Part shown: in pieces, positions 17,057 to 20,000 of the stretch
Numbering within the stretch: the first letter of the stretch is position 1
Layout of the letters: each line of letters begins with the position of its first letter
Assembly (NCBI GenBank): GCA_016928395.1
Contig: JAFGKV010000096.1
Location: 49,127 to 69,126 of the forward strand
DNA from: Candidatus Fermentibacterota bacterium
GTDB taxonomy: Bacteria > JAFGKV01
Reading direction: 5' to 3'
DNA: 20,000 bases
Translations under genes and position numbers: made by a program
The notes under the pieces: generated by a model
Told to the model about the DNA's origin: nothing
Database searches by the model: none
Seen by the model: only the letters and a program-made list of their open reading frames with translations

Positions 17057-17242
17057 AGTGAGGCAGGATCGCCCGTCCCTCGAGTCCGTTCAGGGTCAAC
17101 TCTGCGCCGCCGCGGGGCAGTTCCTCGGTCTCGATCTTCGGCATGTGCGGCTGGCTTCCGCGAACGCGAACACGTGCAATTCAACTCGGCGTGGTGTGCG
17201 AACCCGGCCGCGCACCAGCCCGCGAATGGAGAGCAGACAGGA

Positions 17243-17935
17243 TCACACGTTGAAGCGGATGTCCAGAATGCTGTTCTCCGGAACGATGTAGTCTCGGTCA
17301 ACAAGCTTGGCGAGGCCCTTGGAGCGCGCATCCTGCATGTTGTGGGCGGTCATCATGTCCGCACAACTGACGAGTTCGGCCTTGATGAACCCCCGGGCCA
17401 GATCCGAGTGGATCCTGTCGGCACACGTGACGGCGTCCGCGCCTTTACGCACCAACCATGCATGAACCTCCTGTTTGCCGACCGTATAGAAGAACATCAT
17501 GCCCGCCTTGTCCAATGCCTCGTGGCACAGTTCGTCTGCATCCGGTGCCCGGTCGCTGGAGACCACGGTCGGCGTAAAGCTGAGCGGCCCAAGCGCCTTG
17601 ACAATGGCCCGCTCGTCTTCATCCAAGGGCAAGTCACAGATGGGCTTCAAATCCTCGAGCTGCGCCATGCATCGTGATAGGACCGCTCGTTCAGCCTCAT
17701 CCTCTGTCCGGGAGAGGCGCCCTTCGATCTTCTCCATGTCAAGAATGAGCAGGTCGAGAAGCTGTTCGTGCAGTATCGCGATGACATCTGATGATGTGTA
17801 TGCGTCCGGACGTAGCTCGAAGTAAAACGGGGACACCTTCGCCGGTCGAAACTTGTCAACGAGATCTGCGAACGTCTCGTCGTTATACTTCCTTTTCCCT
17901 TCGGGCAGGCTTAGGCCTGTGTACGCGATCTTCAT
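17243..17935 (-). CDS. DUF933 / YchF C-terminal (TGS) domain protein; shortened YchF homologue without a recognisable G domain (230 aa)
   Basis: The C-terminal FFYTVGKQEVHAW...IHSDLARGFIKAE...DYIV...IRFNV is YchF-like. No GxxxxGKS/T motif. GAGGAG upstream of the ATG. Confidence 0.88.
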   Translation of the reverse strand: MKIAYTGLSLPEGKRKYNDETFADLVDKFRPAKVSPFYFELRPDAYTSSDVIAILHEQLLDLLILDMEKIEGRLSRTEDEAERAVLSRCMAQLEDLKPICDLPLDEDERAIVKALGPLSFTPTVVSSDRAPDADELCHEALDKAGMMFFYTVGKQEVHAWLVRKGADAVTCADRIHSDLARGFIKAELVSCADMMTAHNMQDARSKGLAKLVDRDYIVPENSILDIRFNV

Positions 17936-18695
17936 ATCCCACTAACTCCTCTGCTCCAACCACGTATGATCAGAGCAATCCTTTGTGCCCACGAATCAGT
18001 CTTCGCTGCAAGTCTCGTGTGAGTCATGCGCGGGTCACGCGTGCACAGACGTGCACAGCAGGACCCTTGCCTTAGGCCCCTAAGGGCGACAAGGCTCGCT
18101 GCGACGCATTCCTGATAGACCGAATTCCTCGACCCTTCGTCGGTGAGTCGTGGCCCCGGCTCGCCTTGATTGAGTACGCACGGCGGTTCGGTGCCGTCCT
18201 TGGAAGAATCCGACGAGACGGTTGGCCCGCCCTGATCCGGCCTGCGTTGGATCCGGGGCAGTTGTCTCTCTGACATGGAGACGCATCCGAAATGGCTCAA
18301 CCTCGGCGCGCACGGCCCGTGCGGCCGCATCGAGCACACTGCCAAGTCGGCATTGATGTGCAGCAGGCTGCGCAAGTAAGAGACTTCGATACGGGGGTCA
18401 AGCGGCACGCCGGCAGACTGCGCGTGGCTCAGGCCCCGACCATCCTTGACTCTCTCCGCCGGGCGAGATGAACTATGACGGTCCTCAGGGGTCATTTTCA
18501 ATCTTCGCCGGGAGTCGCCTGGCGTGAGCCCGAGTGATGGAAGGAGGAGAATCGGCAGGTCAGAGTACCGGGTGACCCCGGATGCGGGGCCGCGTGCGAG
18601 TTGACCGATGCGCGGGCGGATCTCCGCGACAAGTCGGTGCCGCGGCCTTACCTCCCCGCCCCCTTCTCCTCGCCCCTAACCTTCGCTGCCAGCCC

Positions 18696-18941
18696 TCAGT
18701 CCGGCAGATTGGCCAGCGAAATGAACTGGCCATCGCGGATTTCCTGACGGGCCTCGGCGATCTTGGCGAGGAACCGCTCGTCGCACTCCAGTCGATAATC
18801 GAACCAGTCATCTTCGTCGCGAAACGCGATGACGACGGCCGCCGGCCTCCCGTGACGAGTGATAAGCACCCTCTCGGTCTCTGCCTCCCGGATGATGCGG
18901 CAGATGTCGTTTTTTGCTTCGGTTATCGTGCAAGTCTTCAT
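18696..18941 (-). CDS. Phd/YefM family antitoxin
   Basis: MKTCTITEAKNDICRII...VLITRHGRPAAVVI is the Phd/YefM N-terminal pattern. 81 aa with an acidic tail. ATGA-coupled to the upstream toxin. Confidence 0.9.
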   Translation of the reverse strand: MKTCTITEAKNDICRIIREAETERVLITRHGRPAAVVIAFRDEDDWFDYRLECDERFLAKIAEARQEIRDGQFISLANLPD

Positions 18942-19237
18942 TCTGGCACTCCGTGCCGCTCAAGCCACGCTTCGACGCTGGCCTTCCTGACAAACCCGAG
19001 AACTTCGACCCGGCGAAGTGCGGGGTTCACGTCATAGAACACGCGCATATCATCCACCCGCAGGCGATACTGGGGGCGGCGGAGGGACCGCAGACGCTTG
19101 ATCCGGCTCTTGCTCTCGCGGGTCGGCTCAAGCTCGAGATGGTCGTGCATGACGCGCTTCAGAGCTGAACGCCGGCACGCATCAAGGCCCCGGAACTCCC
19201 GCTCGGCGCTTCTTGCGATGATCACATCGTATCTCAT
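18938..19237 (-). CDS. RelE/ParE family type II toxin
   Basis: 99 aa, basic. Y.V.I...A..E...L N-terminus and IKRL...YRLRVDDMRVFYDV...V.V motif of RelE-like mRNases. Confidence 0.9.
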   Translation of the reverse strand: MRYDVIIARSAEREFRGLDACRRSALKRVMHDHLELEPTRESKSRIKRLRSLRRPQYRLRVDDMRVFYDVNPALRRVEVLGFVRKASVEAWLERHGVPE

Positions 19238-19275
19238 TCTGGGAAGAACATAGCCAGAATTCCTCCGCAGCGCAA
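19236..19275 (-). promoter_or_regulatory. Putative sigma70-type promoter of the TA operon with overlapping inverted-repeat operator
   Basis: On the - strand: TTGCGC (19275-19270), 17 nt, TATGTT (19252-19247), then 9 nt before the ATG. The perfect inverted repeat ATTCTGG-N11-CCAGAAT (19236-19242 / 19254-19260) straddles the -10 box. Confidence 0.6.
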
Positions 19276-19495
19276 GCCATCCATCCGGTCCGAATCGCTC
19301 CCGCGCAGCGGATACGGCATCTATCGTCGAGCCTTGAGGTGGGTGCTGCCGGACCTGCGAAAGAAGGTGAATCCCGGTCGCGGAACCGAGGGTCCTGGAC
19401 TACCCCGGAGACCATGGGAGCGAGAAGAGCGCCTCAGACGTCGGTGAGGCCTCTGGATGCAACTGCACCCAGGTCTTTCGAGGTGGAGAGTACGG

Positions 19496-19527
19496 CCGCT
19501 GTCAGCTATCGGCTCTCAGCTATCAGG
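19496..19527. repeat. Short heptamer run of a second family (CCGCTGT CAGCTAT CGGCTCT CAGCTAT CAG)
   Basis: Four in-register 7-mers with consensus C(A/G)GCT(A/C/G)T, intergenic. Confidence 0.6.
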
Positions 19528-19559
19528 CCCGCCCAGCGCTACGAGAAACCGTTGCCGTC

Positions 19560-19585
19560 GTAGAGGCGACCGTCTCTGGTCGCCC
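19560..19585 (+). repeat. GTAG-tagged REP-like palindrome
   Basis: GTAG-A-GGCGACC-GTCTCT-GGTCGCC-C: a GTAG tetranucleotide 5' of a perfect 7-bp GC-rich stem. Only one copy is seen in the window. Confidence 0.55.
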
Positions 19586-19709
19586 GCCGGGGCGGGGTCG
19601 GCATCGCGATCGCCATCGGAGTCGCATCTCCATGCATCCAATCGGCCGCTTGTCCCCCTGTTCATTCATCCCTTCAGTGTTCCATACCCTGCTCTCGCCC
19701 CCGAGATGT

Positions 19710-20000
19710 TCACGGGCACACTATGTCGTTGAGGTCGGAATCCCAGCAATGCCAGAGGTTGTCTCCGAAGTGATTGGGATCACGAACGCGGCCGTCCAGG
19801 TTCACCGGATCCCACTCAGCATCGGTATGGTTGTCTGCTCCCTTGTTGTACACATCATAGAACGCGGCGTAGGGCTCGCCCGTCGTAATACCCCAGAAGA
19901 TATACCCGCCATTCTCAGGGTTCCCGACTTCGACGTTCGTGTACCGGATATCCGAAGTGCCGTTCTGCACGTCGCGATGCCAGGTGATCTCGATCAACGG
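19710..20000 (-). CDS. 3' end of a hypothetical protein, possibly secreted or a lipoprotein (5' end outside the window)
   Basis: Frame is open to the window edge. Aromatic/Asp/Asn/Gly-rich protein-like sequence ending ...GRVRDPNHFGDNLWHCWDSDLNDIVCP*, with GC-rich third codon positions. Confidence 0.75.
   Translation of the reverse strand, partial: PLIEITWHRDVQNGTSDIRYTNVEVGNPENGGYIFWGITTGEPYAAFYDVYNKGADNHTDAEWDPVNLDGRVRDPNHFGDNLWHCWDSDLNDIVCP

Noticed and set aside
16919-17242. Rho-independent terminator between the convergent genes
   Set aside because: Only a small GCGAC-TTCA-GTCGC hairpin (16953-16966), with no U-tract on either strand.
17932-18501. 189-aa ORF on the - strand
   Set aside because: TTG start without a clear SD, Ser/Arg/Pro-rich composition and no recognisable motif. 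Probably spurious.

Overview
High-GC bacterial DNA. Positions 1-16918 (+ strand) are a dense signal-transduction cluster: four paralogous hybrid histidine kinases (one cut by the window edge) with similar C-terminal receiver ends, a CheB-CheR-PAS fusion, a membrane Cache-HAMP-PAS kinase and a single-domain response regulator. The right end (- strand) holds a miniaturised YchF/DUF933 protein with no P-loop, a toxin-first RelE/ParE-Phd toxin-antitoxin pair with a visible promoter/operator, a GTAG-type REP-like palindrome and a partial hypothetical gene. The most unusual signal is non-coding. Each of the four hybrid-kinase stop codons is followed by the same short-repeat module (GCGGARY heptamers plus a TCCCGCAGAGACGCAGAGGCGCAGAG octamer arm). 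One copy is 'filled': a GxxExxY PD-(D/E)XK nuclease gene enclosed in nested inverted repeats. One carries a remnant of a four-helix-bundle (IVP-like) gene, and two are empty or decayed. This looks like a repeat-bounded, transposase-free gene-cassette system captured in several states. All family assignments come from motif recognition by eye, not database searches.
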